From the NCBI RefSeq assembly GCF_009914755.1, contig NC_060939.1: a DNA stretch of 64,000 bases; one strand, written 5' to 3'. Source of the DNA: the human T2T-CHM13v2.0 reference genome, Homo sapiens. The translations under genes were made by a program, and so were the position numbers. Positions 40,010 through 54,982 of this stretch are shown here, piece after piece (the stretch's first letter is position 1; each line of letters begins with the position of its first letter). The notes beneath the pieces are model-generated. The model worked only from the letters and a program-made list of their open reading frames with translations, was not told the DNA's origin and made no database searches.

Positions 40010-41180
40010 TGAGGTTCATGATGCAATTCATTCTTAAGCATATACTATAGAATCTTTAAATTATATGGTTCTGTGTTCATTTGTGGCATGACAGTAACCA
40101 AGACAATTTAGTAAATAATCAGCAAATGAAATATTTAATTTTGAACATCTAGTATTTCTAGATGTATAGAGAGTCTCACGAAGTAGATTTTTTAAGTATC
40201 TTGTTGTAAATTTGTTAGTACTGTTGTCTTTTGCAATTAATGTGGCAATGAAATTGATTATTGATACACAGGCTCTTGGAGCTAAACAAAATTTATCGTG
40301 TTTTAATTTGGATATTAGAAGGAGGAAATGAAAAGAGACTCTCTACATTTTACCTGTTATTATATAGCTTACCATTATATCAGATATGAATTGCTTTTTT
40401 TAAAAAACTTAGATTAAATGTCATGTAAATGCATTTAGTCTTTCCAGATACACTTCTTGATATCATAATTTTTATTTCCTGTTAATATTCAAGATATAAA
40501 TGACTTCATTAAAGAGATTTTCTACTACCTCTAGGAACTATACAATATTCTGTATGTGTTCCCTTGGTTGCATGACAATATTCAAGACAACTTTGTAAAT
40601 AATAGATAAAAAATTTTAATTTTTAACATCTAGTCTTTCTAGATGTATAGAGTCTCACAAAGTATAATTTTGTAAATAAGTCATTGTAAAATTTCATGGT
40701 TTCATTGTGTTTTGCAAATGTCTTGGCAAAGAACTTGATAAAATTTTGGGCTTCTTGACCTATACATATTTTGGTATCTCTTTATTGGGTTGTTTAGTGT
40801 AAGGAAAAAGTTGAAAGAATGTATTTTCAACTTTGAATTGTAATCAGAAAGAAAATATATTTTAACCATTGTTTAGTGCTTCTGTTATATATTGAAAACT
40901 TCAGTCTTAATTTTTTAGTTACATTGTTGATAGGGCATTATATAAATATACTTCTATAGTCATTGTAGGAAATGTCTTTTATAAGGAAATATTTCTTCTA
41001 CCTCTGAATTACACAGTTTTGTATTTACTTGGACTGCATGGCAACATTCAAAAAACACTTTGAATAACAGATAAAAATGACATTTTCTAAAGCTCTAGGT
41101 TTGCTAGATGCATGAAGTCTCAGCAAAGTATAAATTTGTAAATATTTCATTGTAAAATATCATAAATTGACTCCTTCAAG
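40010..41180 (+). repeat. Degenerate ~470-480-bp tandem repeat (about 2.5-3 units) with conserved hairpin
   Basis: Aligned anchors GCATG at 40086, 40570, 41036; hairpins at 40145-40165, 40626-40646, 41092-41111; shared AGTCTCA..AAGTA..TTGTAAA blocks. Confidence 0.85.
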
Positions 41181-41651
41181 TGTTCAGTAGTACAATAGGT
41201 AATCAATAATTGGCCTCTTGGGACTGACTGTAACGTTTTGGTGTTTGTATGTTTTGAGACAGAGCAATAGATTGCCTCCATATCTTTTAAACATTCAGGT
41301 CTCTTGTATAAGAAAAATAACCATTGTGGGGTTTTTGTGCATCTTATACTAATATGAAACAAACAAAACCCCCTGGATATTTTATCCTTAGAAAGATAGA
41401 GGAAGACAGGAGAAGGGAATGGTCATTGTAAATTAGATAGATATATTGAGTGTTAGAAGATTATTTAAATAATTGTTCTTTTGTTATTTGTACTCTTTGC
41501 AAATTTATTTAAATGCATATTCATGTATATCATAAGTATATATTCACATGCATGTCTAAATTTAGTGGCATAGATCTATCTCAGGGGTATTAATCTTTCA
41601 TTCGTGTACTGATTTGTGTTTTATTTTCATTTAAAAAATTGTGGAACCAGT

Positions 41652-41950
<299 letters not shown>

Positions 41951-43626
41951 AAAAAATTGTGGAACTAGTGTTTTATTTCTAAGCTTGCAGATATTTCTAG
42001 AATTCCACTTACTGTTACATCTAAATGTATGCTGATTTTTCGTTAAATAATAAGCAGGTCTGTAAACATTTTCTTTTCTAACCTCTTTCCATATTTATAT
42101 GAGTATAGAAAAACTGTGGTTATGAATATTTTTTACTTTTTGATAACTTTTAAAAACTATCAGATATGTGATAATCAGATAGATTTCAAGTTTACTTACG
42201 GTGTAAATTAGGAAAATTTTTATAAAGATTCTATCCAGTATTGATCAAAAGTATAAATTGTGTGTCTTTTTAAGCAGCAGTTTGGCAATGACAATCAAAT
42301 TGATACTATGTAAAAGTTTTGAAATGTTATAGCTGGCTACTGGGGTTTTTATCTATTCCAGTTCTCGAAAATTTACCAAATATAGGTTGGCTGTAAAATC
42401 ATAACTATCTGAGGTATCTGTCAATAAATCAAAGATTGCAATGATGATAGCTTCTTTAACATGAATGTAATTCTAACAGTAAAAAATTTCTATATGGAAT
42501 ATGTTTTGTAGTCCTAAATTGATATTTTATATCATTTTTCAGTGAACAAGTAGTTGTTTACAGGTGTCTGTGCATATGTCTCAAGTTTTTCTAACTAAAA
42601 TATTAATAGTTAAGTCTAAAAATATGAATTATACGTGGGGCTTGTCATTCTGACATTTAATACTTCAGCGTGGTGATAATGGTGATATAATATACTGTTT
42701 GAAATTGTAACACATGAGTTAAAATCAAAAGATTGATAAGTACATATTTGTATATTGCTACATGACAAAAATCTAGGAAGAATATGATTCACATGAAAAT
42801 TCTTTGGAAGGACATGACAGACTTTTAACAGTCCTGTATAGTGAAAGGAGAATAGAACGACTACTTCTACTTTCTGTATCTGAAATTTTCAAAAGCTATT
42901 TCAAAATGAACATTTAAACAACAGGAAATTTTAGAGACAACCACTTTGTGCCTGTCTTCATCCTTGACATTCAACATCCTAGGAACAATGGGCTGTTGTA
43001 TTCAACTTCTTATTCCCAACAGCCATTATGAATGGTTTTTGATTGATCTCACAAAGAGCATGTGCTTTAGACATTAATGCAGCGACTACCATGAAACAGA
43101 GTATTGGATTACCTAAGGAAAGAAGCAGAGGATGGAATTTGAGGTAGGTGTCAAACAGTGAAATTTCGTTTGAGAAACAGATGAGTGAAAGAAAATAGTA
43201 ACTGAAACATTCATTCTATAAGGAGAGTACATTTTAATACTGGCGATGCTGTATTTGTGGGTACTGACTAGATCAAGATGTTAGAGGAGGTGTCTCTTGG
43301 GATAAGTTGGAAGTTATCCTTCATTAATTTGGTATAAACTGAAAACAGATTGCTTCTTTCCTTTTAAAGTGGTTGAGTCTCTGATGGGTTTAAAGTAGGC
43401 CTTTGGGGATTTATAGATCATTCAAAATTAGCAGGGGAAATTTTAAATATTCTCTGCATCTTTCTAAAAGGTGTGGTTTAAAGTTGGTGAGAAAGTGAAA
43501 TGGTTGCTGGTTGAACTTGATTTTCTCTATTCACTATGCCTGGCTAGCCTAAAATTATCCTAATGGGTATGTTCAGGTGCCTGATTTGTATCTAAATGTT
43601 TCTGTATTGGATACTGTTTTTCTTAG

Positions 43627-43735
43627 GCAATCAGGATGAGTGAAAAATTGATTTGCAGCTGACCTGCAAATGGAATCATCAGGAACATCCCTTTCTCATG
43701 GAGTCCCTTAATTTACAAGTTAACTGCAAACATAG
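43627..43735 (+). ncRNA. SNHG14: Candidate SNHG14 exon (109 nt)
   Basis: ctgtttttcttAG acceptor and TAG|gtaaga donor. Confidence 0.65.
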
Positions 43736-43884
43736 GTAAGAAGGTTCTGGTGCTATTTGGGGGTGAGGTATTGGTGAGGTTTTGCCTAAGCTCAGGAAAA
43801 TAATACTGGTACAGGTGTATTTCTTGGCCACCTTGGAATTATCAAATGAGTTAGTCTTTAAAATATATTTTATCGAAGTGAAGG

Positions 43885-44483
43885 TATAGTTTGGTTCCCA
43901 GACCAAACTGAGGGTCGGGCTGCTATTTCTCGTGCCCCAATAATGAGATGCAGATGAACAGGGGAGGAAGAGTTAGAGCTAGTTACAGGAAGAAGGCCTG
44001 GAAATTGTCACCACACCAACTCAAAATTACAAAGTTTTTCAGAACTTATATACCTTCTAAGCTATATGTGTACATGTAAGTGTGTATCTAAAGACATAAG
44101 TGATCTATAACTAAGGTCTGAGTCTTCGAGACCTTCCTTTGGAGCCTCAGTAAATTTACATTAATTTAAATGGGTCTGGGTGCTGAGGTGATTACCATTA
44201 TCTTGTTTCCTACTAAATCATGGAGGTTTGGGGAGTTCCTTTAGAACCCCCAATAAACTTGTTTGTGGAGGCCTGGAGAGTTTCTTCAGACCCCTAATAA
44301 AACTTGTTTAATCGTGCTTTAAGGTTCAAGAGAGGCCTAGGTAAAACTTGGTGGGCTTTTGTGACATTCCAACCTTTGTATAACAAAATGGCTCTTTCAG
44401 CTTTTAGTATTTAACTTAACCACTCCGTCAATACTGAAACAGTTGTTATGGAGGCCTCCATTAGAGGGACCTGGCCTGCCACA
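43885..44483 (-). mobile_element. ERV solo LTR (~600 bp, probably ERV1 class; subfamily uncertain)
   Basis: Minus strand begins TGTGGCAGGCCAGGTCCCTCTAATGGAGGCCTCCATAACAACTGTTTCAG, an LTR-type start I recognise; left boundary approximate. Confidence 0.7.
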
Positions 44484-44901
44484 GGTGCGCGCGCACACAC
44501 AGATGAGAGTACCTTTAATTAGTTTACTTATCTATGGTCAAACACGACAATATAACTAATAAAAGAAATGACCAGGCATCTAATTACTAGAAATTATAAA
44601 ATTGACAATATGTGTGTTTTCATAAATGTACAGTTTTCACAAAATGTTTTCACATACAGTTCTTTGATAAAGGGTGAAGTTCATGGAAACCACAGAAAGA
44701 TGCTGATACTGTAAACTATTAAAGTCATTACTGAGGTTGTAAGTTGACTTTGCTATAGGATTGATAATGGGAAGTGTTTCTAAATGTTAACATAACCTGT
44801 AATAAAGTTCAACATGAGCATTCACTTAACCTGCCGCCTTAGCTGTTTCATTAGAGTGGTATATATCTCACCTTACAGTGTTTCTTCTTTTTCCTTGTCA
44901 G

Positions 44902-45031
44902 GAGATGATAGTTCCAAGAAGGAACATTTTATCGTCTTTGTTTTTAATCTCAAGAATGGTACCTACCATCAGTGAATGACCTGTTGCAGTGCTTTCATTG
45001 AAGTGTTCTTCGTTCCCTCAGCAATATGATT
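44902..45031 (+). ncRNA. SNHG14: Candidate SNHG14 exon (130 nt)
   Basis: Long polypyrimidine tract tttcttctttttccttgtcAG; donor ATT|gtaagg. Confidence 0.6.
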
Positions 45032-45149
45032 GTAAGGGCAGTTGAGTGCTAACTTGACTGGGAGAGGGGCGGTTTGGTTAGACAGGACTTGATATATTCT
45101 GTTTTTCATAAGCTTGATGTTTTTTTCTGGCAGCTACTTGACATTCAGA

Positions 45150-45240
45150 TCTGATTGGTTACATATTGCTATGTAATAAATTATCCTGAAACAGGGGCAT
45201 AAACAATATTGTTATGTCCATGGATTCTGTTGGTCTGACC
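45150..45240. mobile_element. MLT1-like MaLR LTR fragment
   Basis: tattgctatgtaataaattatcctgaaac..ggcataaacaa motif. Confidence 0.45.
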
Positions 45241-45370
45241 ATGCCCAGGACAGTTTAGGAATTGTATCCTCTCCAAAGTTTCATTGTAGCTTCTGTGTTT
45301 TTAGTATAGTTACTATTTCTTTCTCATCAAATAGACTGAACTCCTTTTGTTATTATCATTTAAATATTTA

Positions 45371-45854
<484 letters not shown>

Positions 45855-46014
45855 TTATTATTAGAATACTCCAAAAGGAATTTTGATCCACATGCTCTTT
45901 CTTCATAATAGAATGAATGTTGCATGTCATTTTACAGACAAATTTTATTAGTTCTTGCTGATGATATAAACTTTGCTTCTAACCTTTTCCCATTTTCCCA
46001 ACTGTGTCTCTCAG

Positions 46015-46370
46015 GTGATGACTGAAAAAGGGAAACTGTGCCACTATTTGTACCATCATTTTCACCAAAATCTAAAAATGCTTTTTATGACGTATGGAGA
46101 CATTCTTCATGTTTGTTTCAGTGGACACTCCTTGCAGATGTAAAAAACTGAGAAAACTCACTTTTGGAAAGTGACCTAAAGAGTGTCATTGAAGTGAATT
46201 TTAAGTAGGCACGATGATTGTTTTCATGGTTGCTGTTGGATCATATCTCAGGAGCTGGAATGACAGACATTATTGAACAAAGAAATCAGGATAGTGGAAC
46301 TTAAAGGGCTTCATCTCAGTGCTTTCATAAGTATGAAGTGCATATATTTATAATTTTCACTAATCACAGG
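46015..46370 (+). ncRNA. SNHG14: Candidate SNHG14 exon (3' end uncertain)
   Basis: Branch-like ttctaac plus pyrimidine tract ending ctctcAG at 46014; possible donor AGG|gtaaat at 46371, or ATTAAA at 46390-46395. Confidence 0.45.
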
Positions 46371-48919
46371 GTAAATATAAAATTGATTCATTAAAAATGT
46401 TTCATAAGAATTCAAAGGACATAGAATTTTGTGAAATGTAGTATTTTTACTTAAGTGCCTTTTCTCTGCTTCTACCCCACAGCCAATTTTTTATAAACCA
46501 GTTGATAACATAAGTAGTTTTTGGGGGATGATACATTACTTATACATTTTCTATGTAGTAAACATGTATGTGTATGTGTGTGGGTGTGTGTCTAATTACT
46601 TTGTTGGACAGATTCCTGTGGTTTGGAACTGCTGGGGCCAAGTTTATACAAAAATCTACATTTTTGAGTAAACTCCCCATGACTCTAGTAAGTTTCCACA
46701 GTATTTGAGTATTCTTTATTTCCTAAAGCTGTACAAACATCAGATAATCAATATTTGTAAGGATCGATAATATAATTTATAATGAAATTGCTTTATCAGC
46801 TATTAATGTTAACTACATCATCTTCATATAGCCTTATAACTCATTTGTGCTATTCCATTTTCCTCTGTTCCTTTTATTTTCACTTCCCTTGTAATGTTAG
46901 TCTCTTTGTACTGATTTCTGAAGAGTTCATTTATGATTAAACATGTTAACATTTTGTCTAGAATTGCAAATATGTTTTTTCTCATTCATTTTACTATGGT
47001 GTTTTATTTTTTGGTTATACAGAAGTTGTATATTGAAATATAATCTTGTTCTGTTTTATGACTTTGGAGTTTTGTGGTTTTTTAAAACATGTTTACATTG
47101 GTATCATTTATTTGTATTGCCTTCTATTTCAGCAGTTAGTTTGTCATTTCTTTTTCCATTAATCATCATTCTGGTGTTAATGAATGCATTAAATATTTAA
47201 AGTACTCACTTTGACCCGTGTAGTTATCTGTTAAGTTCTACCATAAAGAAAATTTCCAGGTAAAATTGGCTACATTTCTGTTAACTTGCCTTACCATTTT
47301 ATTGACACTTTAATAATTACTAATGATTTATACTGTCTTATCTATTCCATTGAGTTCTATCTCATTTCTCTTCTTTTTCAGAATATTCCCTCTGTATACT
47401 TGCATTTTTTTCTATCAATTGACGCTTACAATTATTTTTGCAAGTTGGAAAAAAATGCAGTATTAATTTCATTTGCAACAAATTTAATAGATTAATTAGG
47501 AGAGAATAGATATCTTTAAAATTGAGTCTTCTGTCCAACTGCAAGGTAGGTCTTTCTATTTTTAATGGAATAATAATTTGGGGATATTGCTAGTGCAGTT
47601 TTTTAAAGTATTTTTTAATACTAGGCATTTTTTAGTTATTTGTTAATTTAGTGATTTGGATTAGTCATTCAACTTGTCTAATTGGTATGTGAAAACTTTT
47701 TGTATGTCTTTTCTAGTAATCTTTACTGAATTTCTAAAATTATGACTTTCTTGAACAATCTGTCATTTTAATTACCTTGATTAAAGTACATTTGTAAGTA
47801 CTTCTAGGATATATGGAAGTAGAAAGTATACTTGGCAATTGGACTGTTAATTGCAATCCCCTTAGGTCATGGTTGTTTTTGTTCTTATTGGTATTTTAGT
47901 AATCTTTTAGAAGAAAGATGTTTTACCAAATTTGGTGACAGGTTTAATAAAATTTCTTTTTGTATAGTTGAAAAACTTGTCCTTATAATTATTAAGGTTA
48001 AAATTAACATATTCCAAAATTGAACATTATTCCATCCCATGAATGAAGTAAATTATATTTTAGTATATACTCCTTAATTATAGTTGTTATAATTTCATTT
48101 GGAATTTCTGAAATGATTCCTAAACAAACAGCTTTATACTTGTTCTGTTATCAGAGGTTTTTAATGTTTTACTGGCTCTTTGAAACCATTTTGAGTATTT
48201 CTGACACAGACTAGAAACAAGTAATATTTTTCTTTAATTATTTTGAAATGTTGGCTTAAAAAGGTGTTGAAATAATAGCGTGTTTTTTTTTTTAAAGTTA
48301 TTTATCTTTTGTCCAAAATCAACTAAGCATTTATGCAAGCATGTGTTTTTTGGAACCCTTTTTTCTGTTTCCTTGTTCTTTGTGTTTTTCTTTATGCCAA
48401 TATCACACTGTTTTGATAATTGTAGCTTTGTAGTTAACATTTTGAAATTGAGAACTGTGACTCTTCCACCTTTGTTCTTTTTCAGGTTTATTTTGCTCAT
48501 TTCAGTCCTTTGAAACTCTGTATGAGTTTTAGGATTTTTTTTTTAATTTTTGCAAAAAATGTCATGGGAAGTTTACTAGGGATTGAGTCTGCACATTGCA
48601 TGAGTATTATTGACATAAACAATACTAACTCTTCCAGTCCATGAACATGGGATGTCTTTTTATTTATGTCATTTATTTCTTTCAGAAATGGTTTGTAAAT
48701 TTCATTGTACAAAAAATTTTCTTTGATCTTACTGGTTAAGTTACTTTCTAAGTATTGTATTTTTAAAATGCTATTGCAAGTGGAATTGTTCTTTGAACTT
48801 CTTTTGTGAATTGTTCATTGCTATTTTTGCATGCTGAATTTGTAGCCTGGTATTTTGTGGAATTTATCAGTTCTGAGATTTTTTTTTATGCTCCCAAGGA
48901 AAATTTTAGCCCGTAATAA

Positions 48920-49189
48920 TTTTTTTGGAGACATAGTCTCACTGTTGCCCAGGCTGGAGTGCAATGGCACTATCTCCCAGGTTTGAACAATTCTCCTGCC
49001 TCAGCCTCCTGAGTAGGTGGGATTACACGTGTCTGCCACCACGCCTGGCTAATTTTTGTGTTTTTAGTAGAGATGGGGTTTCATCGTGTTGGCCAGGCTG
49101 GTCTCGAACTCCTGAGCTCAAGTGATCCTCCTCCCTTGGCCTCCAAAAGTGCTGCAATTACAGGTGTGAGTCACTGTGCCCGACCAGCC
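48920..49189 (-). mobile_element. AluS
   Basis: Antisense Alu within L1. Confidence 0.85.
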
Positions 49190-49522
49190 TATAAAATTTT
49201 AGTGGATGCCAAGAGAGATACTTCTACTTCTTTTCTGACTTGGGTGTCATTTCTTTCTTTTTGTTACTTGATTGCTGTGGCAAGGATTTGTAATACTGTG
49301 TTGAAAAGAAGTGGCGAAAGCAGGCATCCTTGCTTTTGTAACTGATACTAGAGGAAATCCTTTTAGTGTTTAACCTTTGAGAATAATGTTTGTTTTGAGT
49401 TTTTCATTTATAGCTTTTACTATGGTGATGTGATTTCATCTATTCCTAATTTGATGAATGTTGAATTTTTTATTCCTTAGTCTTTGTCTTGCTTTGGTAA
49501 GAGGGTAATGCTGGCCCCATAA

Positions 49523-49914
<392 letters not shown>

Positions 49915-50727
49915 GGAAGATTTTTCATTAATAATTCAGTACTGTTAATAGTTTCATGCGTGTGGTTTTGTTTTGGTGGCCTTTAGTTTCCTAGGTTTGT
50001 AGGAATTTGTACATTTCATCTAGATTATCTAATTTTTTAACATTCACTTGCTTATAGTACTCTTACAATCTCTTAGTTCTGTAGACTTTATGTTTCTGAT
50101 GGTAGCAATTTGAGTCTGCCCTCTTTTTTTCTAGTCCACTTAGCTGAAGCTTTGTCAGTTTTCTTGATTTTTGTTTATGAAGAACCAAGTGGTTATTTTG
50201 TGTTCATTTTCTGTTTTATTCATCTCTATATCATTCTTTATGTCCTTCCTTTTCCTCTTTGTGTTTACTTTGCTTGTGTAATTCTTTAATTTGTACAGTT
50301 GGTTGATTTGAAATTTTTTTTCATGTTACATTAATAGGTGTAAGATTCATAAGAAAACATGTTTTATTTTCATTTTCATTCATTCCCACATATTTTCTAA
50401 TTTTCCTTATAACCTCTTGGTGTACTAGTTGTTTGTGTTTTCTCATGTCCACAAATGTGTGACTTTTCCAAGGCTTTCCTTCTGTTACTGATTTCTAAAT
50501 TCATTGTCTTGCTGTGGTCAGAGAAGAGGCTTCTTTTTCTGTCTGTTTTTTCAAAATTTATTGAGACTGAATTTGTGAATTAACTACATTTGTTGTGAAA
50601 AATATCTCATGCACTTGAAGGGGAGTGTGCATTTTGTTGTTCAGAGATTGTTGTGTGCATATCTGTTAGATATAATTGATTTATTGTGATATTACACACT
50701 TCTATTTTCTCTTTTTTTGTGGGGTGA

Positions 50728-51012
<285 letters not shown>

Positions 51013-51289
51013 CACACCTCTATTTTCTTGTTTTCTGGTTATTCTACCCATCATTGAGAGTAGGTTCTTGAAGTCTATATTTCTTAGTGAGGAAATGTCT
51101 ATTTCTCCCTTCTTTTATGTCAATTTTTGTTTCATATATTTTGATGGTTTACTAGGATCATAAATGTTGGTCATCTTTATCTTGTAATTTTTATTAATGT
51201 ATAATGTACATTTTTGTTTGTTGTAACATTTTGGATTAAAAGTCTGTTTTGTCTGACTTAAGCAGTCTACAAAATAACTGCTTCTGTAA

Positions 51290-51652
<363 letters not shown>

Positions 51653-51808
51653 AAAATATATTTTGTAAAATTTATTTTTTGTTAAATTTTTTAGAAGATA
51701 ACTTGTAGAGTTATAATCAAAGTTACAATAATATTTACTGGTTTTTTGCCTAATGTGTGGTTTTATAATTGATCAATTCAAGTCATGTAGAATCTAAAAA
51801 AGGCAACA

Positions 51809-52110
51809 GGCTGGGCATAGTAGCTCATGCCTGTAATACCCAGCACTTTGGGAGGCTAAGGAAGGAGGATTGCTTGAGACCAGGAGTTTGAGACCAGCCT
51901 GTGCAACATAGCAAGAGGCTGTCTCTACAAAACAAATTTTAACAACAAAAAATAGCTGGGTATGGTGGCATATTCCTGTAGTCCCAGATACTCAGGAAGC
52001 TGAGATGCAAGGGTCTCTTGATCCCTGAAGGTTGAGGCTACGGTGAGCCATGATGATGCCACTGCATTTTAGCCTGTGCAACAGAATCAGAGCCTGTTTC
52101 ATAATGAAAA
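51809..52110 (+). mobile_element. AluJ-like
   Basis: Diverged dimeric Alu. Confidence 0.8.
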
Positions 52111-53404
52111 ACAAGTGGAGGGACAGTACACCATTATTAACCTCTCATAATTGCTCAATTATTTACCTTTAACCACATCTTTATTTCTTTATAGGGCTTC
52201 CATTTACTATTTATTTCAACCTTCAGGAGTCTTTTCAGTGTTTCTGTTTGGTGGGGGAGCAGATCTAATGTAAACAAACTCCTGTTGTTTGTACATCTGG
52301 GAACGTATCAATTTCTCCCTTACTTTTTAATTAACAGTTTTGTTGGATATTAGATTCTTAGTTGAGTATTTTTTTTTTTTTAGCACATTGAATGTGTCAG
52401 TCCACTACCTTCTGGCCTTATGAGAAATTGACTGATAATCCCTGTTACATGATATCGTTTTTCTATTGTTGCTTTCAGAATTCTTTCTCTTTTGCTCTTC
52501 ATAGTTGAAAGATATTGTGTCTCATTGTGGGTCTTTGAGTTCATCTTGCTTGGAGTTTGTTGAGGTTCTTAGATGTTAGAATTCATGTCTTTCATCAAAT
52601 TTGAGAAGTTTCCATCTAGAATTTCTTCAGATATTCTTTCTATTGCATGCTTTCTCTTTTCTGGGAATCCTGCATCGTTTGTATTGGTTAGCTTGGGTGG
52701 TGGACCAGAAGCTGTTTAGACTCTTACCTTTCTTCAATATTTTTTCTTTTTGTTCCTCAGAATTGATAAAATTCTGAAGTTTGCTGATCTTTTTTGTTGC
52801 CTGCTGAGATAATGCATTTGAATCCCTGTAGAAAATTTTTCATTTCAGTTAATTGAATGTTTCATGTTCCAGAATTTCATTTGGGGTTCCTTTTTGAAAG
52901 TTTTTTTATTTTTGATTATTGATCCTTCCATTTTGCTCATGCATCATTTTCTTAACCTTCTCTATCACTTCCTTTAGTTCTTTGAGCAACTTTAAGACAG
53001 TTGTTTTAAAAGCTGCTTACCTGTCTTACCATCTTTGAGATCAGAAGTGGTAAACTGATGAGAGCACAGCCTCTCAATGTTTGTATAACAGAGTGGTGTG
53101 TTTTGTTTTTTGTTTATGCCTACCATCACTCCTTCTGCAAGCTGTATGTAAGTTGTCCAAGAAATGTGTACAGCTACCTTGCGTGAGGGTGTAGGAGTTA
53201 GGGATAGGTAATTTGTACTTTGCTAAGAGTTGATGTTGAGTGAAATTAACCTCAATAAATCTGAATTTAGGGTTAATACAATCCTCCAGAGTTCCAAACC
53301 AGTTATATCATACCGATTATTCTGGTGTATTTATCATCTCAGGGGGAGAAAGAGTTCTGTTGCGTCCTGCTCTGCCATACTCCCAGAATCCTCAGCTCAC
53401 CAGT

Positions 53405-53704
53405 TTTTTAGTTTGTTTGTTTTGTTTTTGTATGGATACAGTTTCTCATTCTGTCTCCCAGGCTGTAGTGCAGTGGCACTATCATAGCTCACTGCAGCCT
53501 CGACTTGTTGGGCCCAAGGGACCCTCTTGCCTCAGCCTTCTGAGTAGCTGGGACTATGGACATGCCCGAATAATGTTTCTTTTTTAAAGAGATGGGGTCT
53601 TACTACATTGCATAGCCTCATCTCGGAGTTCTGCACTCAAGCATTCCCCCAGTCTCAGCCTCACAACGTCCTGGGATTCTAGGCGTGAGTCACTGTGCCC
53701 AGCT
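53405..53704 (-). mobile_element. AluJ-like
   Basis: Diverged antisense Alu. Confidence 0.8.
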
Positions 53705-54714
53705 TGTTTTACAGTAGTGAAATGAATCTGCCCATTTATACTTTCTGATTATCAATGAAAGTTGTGTTCTATAATTTTGTTGCTTTTCAGTTGTGATAGT
53801 TTATGCATCACATAAAATTTGCCATATTAACCAGATTTAATTGTACTACTCATTAGCATTAAATGCACTCACAGTGTTGTGTAACTAACACCATATTCAA
53901 AACTTTTGTCATCTTAATTGGAAACTCTATACCTGTTACTCTAATCCCTAGTCCCTTGTCTCCCCAATCATGTTTTCTGCATTTGATTTTGCCTATTGTA
54001 GGTATTTCTTACAAGTTGAATCACATAGCATGTGTTTTTTGGTTCCTGGCCTATTTTACCTAATGCTTTCAAGTTTCATGTAATACATGAGAACTTCATT
54101 TCTTATTATGACCGAGTAAATCCATTTTGTGTATGTATACATGTGTGTATACATGAGTGTGTGTGTATACACATATAACACAATTTTTATCCATCTGCTA
54201 ATGGATAGAATTTTAAATCTATTCCTCTGCTAATGGACATTTTATATGCCAGTGCTCACCAAAACATTCACAGTGTCCATTAAGAGATGAATACATTTAA
54301 AAATATGTCCATTAATATTTGAGTGAGCATTGGCATACAAATATCTGAGTTCATGTCTTCGTATCTGATTATGTATATAGGGGAATGAAATTGCTGAGTT
54401 ATGTGGTAATTTAATGAACTCACTTTTTGAGGAAATATTTGTTATTTATTATGAGAAATTGAAGTCACCAAAAATGAGAACTGAATAATGAACCTTCTCA
54501 TATCTAGCAACTAGAGTTAATAACTATGAACATTTTGCCATATTTTGAAAATTACAGTTACCATGGTGATTTAATCCTGAATAGGTTTATATTTTTATGT
54601 ATCAATTTTTAAAATAATCACAATATCCTATCTCTACCTAGTAAAATTTACTAAAATCCCTTATGTGTCTTCTAAACACACAAAGAAAAAACAATTCTCA
54701 TTTAAATTTCTCAA

Positions 54715-54982
54715 GGTTGTGCATGGTGTCTCAAGCCTGCAATCATAGCATTTTTGGAGGCCAAGGCATTTTGCTTGAGCCCAGGAGTTCCAGATGAGCG
54801 TAGGCAAATAGTGAAACCTGTTTTCACAGGAAAAAAAAAAAATGAGGTATGGTGGCATGCACTTGTGAACCCAATTATTTCAGAAGCTGAAGCAGGAGGA
54901 TCACTTAAGCAGTAGGCTACAATCACAACACTGAACTCCAGGCTGGGTAACAGAGTGAAACATTGGCTCAAAAATATAAAAA
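54715..54982 (+). mobile_element. AluJ-like
   Basis: Diverged dimeric Alu. Confidence 0.78.

Noticed and set aside
40010-41180. Spaced palindromic repeats read as a CRISPR-like array or snoRNA cluster
   Set aside because: Human DNA; the inter-hairpin sequences are homologous to each other and ~450 nt long, and I found no C/D box pairs. Kept as a degenerate tandem repeat finding.
43635-43655. GATGAGTGAAAA...CTGA resembling the SNORD116 internal C' region
   Set aside because: No RTGATGA C box or terminal stem; lies inside a candidate exon.
48234-48712. ORFs resembling a retroelement polyprotein
   Set aside because: Short, frameshifted remnants of an old L1 ORF2; not an intact gene.
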